A program made the translations under genes and the position numbers. DNA of 64,000 nt from Vicugna vicugna (Eukaryota): positions 1 through 64,000 of the forward strand of contig MU058796.1 of assembly GCA_013265495.1 (NCBI GenBank). Reading direction: 5' to 3'. The notes beneath the pieces are model-generated. The model was not told the DNA's origin. It saw only the letters and a program-made list of their open reading frames with translations, and ran no database searches. This document shows positions 62,996-64,000 of this stretch, piece by piece (within the stretch, counting starts at the first letter, position 1; each line of letters starts with the position of its first letter).

Positions 62996-64000
62996 AGATA
63001 TCTGAGGAATATATTTTGAATAATACTGTATTTATAAGAAGATGCTTTTTATTGGGAAGTTATGTGTTAGTGTTCTCATTTTATATTGAAAGTAATTTGA
63101 AGACATTGTCACAAACAAATAGTATGTTATTAACTCTTTTACTTTGAAGTATAGATTTAACGTAAGAAGGTTGATATGTTTTCTCTTTTTCATACTTTTT
63201 CAATGTATTATAATTAACATTGGAAGGACATAATGACCTTATCACTAATATCTAAGCCTCTACTTTCTGAAGAGTCAAAATCCTTTGCCCAACTTGTGCT
63301 TGCCCGGGGTCACGAGTCCACATCAATACTTCTGGTACAAAAGCAATTTTTTCTCTCTACCAGGGTGGCAGGGTCATCTGATTGGACTTTCCATGGTCCT
63401 GGCTGAATGGGAAGGGAATTAAATTGCAGTGTCAAAGGAAATTACTCATTCTAAGAAGCATTCACATATTATCTATGGCCAAAACCATCTCTGACACTCA
63501 TTTATGATTAAAATTAAAAGTGGGAGAGAAGAGGCAGTTTGGCAGCACTTCTGTGACAATAAAAATGTGAGGACCGAATTAAATCGATGGTTAAAGTCTG
63601 TGGCACGCCAGATAAGAAAGTAGTGTGCTTCAGTGGTGTTTTAGAGTTTAGAGGCCTATCTAGGGAGACAAGGAGAGGAAATGTGTGCTCCAATGTGAGA
63701 TGATCTATACAAACTTCATTCTAGAACAAACCTTATTTAGGTGGTTGCTTGATAAGTTTAAGTCACCCCAGGCATCTCTCTTGGGAAGTTTTTAAGGAGC
63801 AAAGATCTTTTTAAATGAAACTTTAAAGGTCTTAAGGGAGATACTTTCTCTAAAATAAGCTCATTCTTCATGTTGTCCATAAGTATATACTGTTCTACTT
63901 AATTTTATTTTTACCATCATCCCAGTCACAGCTTTGATACTTGTTTGCATTTTCTAAGGTAATGGGTGGTTATGATGTGTGATGGAAAAGATAATAATTT

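Noticed and set aside
50590..63370. Several isolated plus-strand acceptor-like sites (about 50607, 52718, 61084, 63363)
   Set aside because: They lack strong paired donors, and such sites are expected by chance in AT-rich introns.

Overview
This is AT-rich, CpG-poor eutherian genomic DNA, most likely camelid (camel/alpaca lineage). The assignment rests on a tRNA-Ala-derived Vic-1-type SINE and young L1 3' ends of the camelid type. No intact protein-coding gene can be supported; the listed ORFs are retroelement remnants or chance-length. Much of the window is interspersed repeat: an ancient two-LTR ERV-L provirus (about 1.5-6.9 kb, LTR33-like, inserted in an L2), four lineage-specific L1 insertions, MaLR/MLT1 solo LTRs, many L2 and MIR fragments, L3/CR1 remnants and a MER20. 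Two of the L1s have perfect 16-17 bp TSDs, one has a twin-priming inversion and one has a probable 3' transduction. The best non-repeat signals are: (1) a repeat-free promoter/exon-like block at about 31-33 kb, with a clean 111-nt plus-strand exon overlapped by consensus antisense donors; (2) a strong 60-nt exon candidate at 49.2 kb; (3) an unexplained stop-poor island at 12.9-13.6 kb. The window looks like the 5' end and a long intron of a large gene that I cannot name with confidence. I found no well-supported novel biological system. Repeat family names come from recalled consensus similarity, and boundaries of old repeats are approximate.
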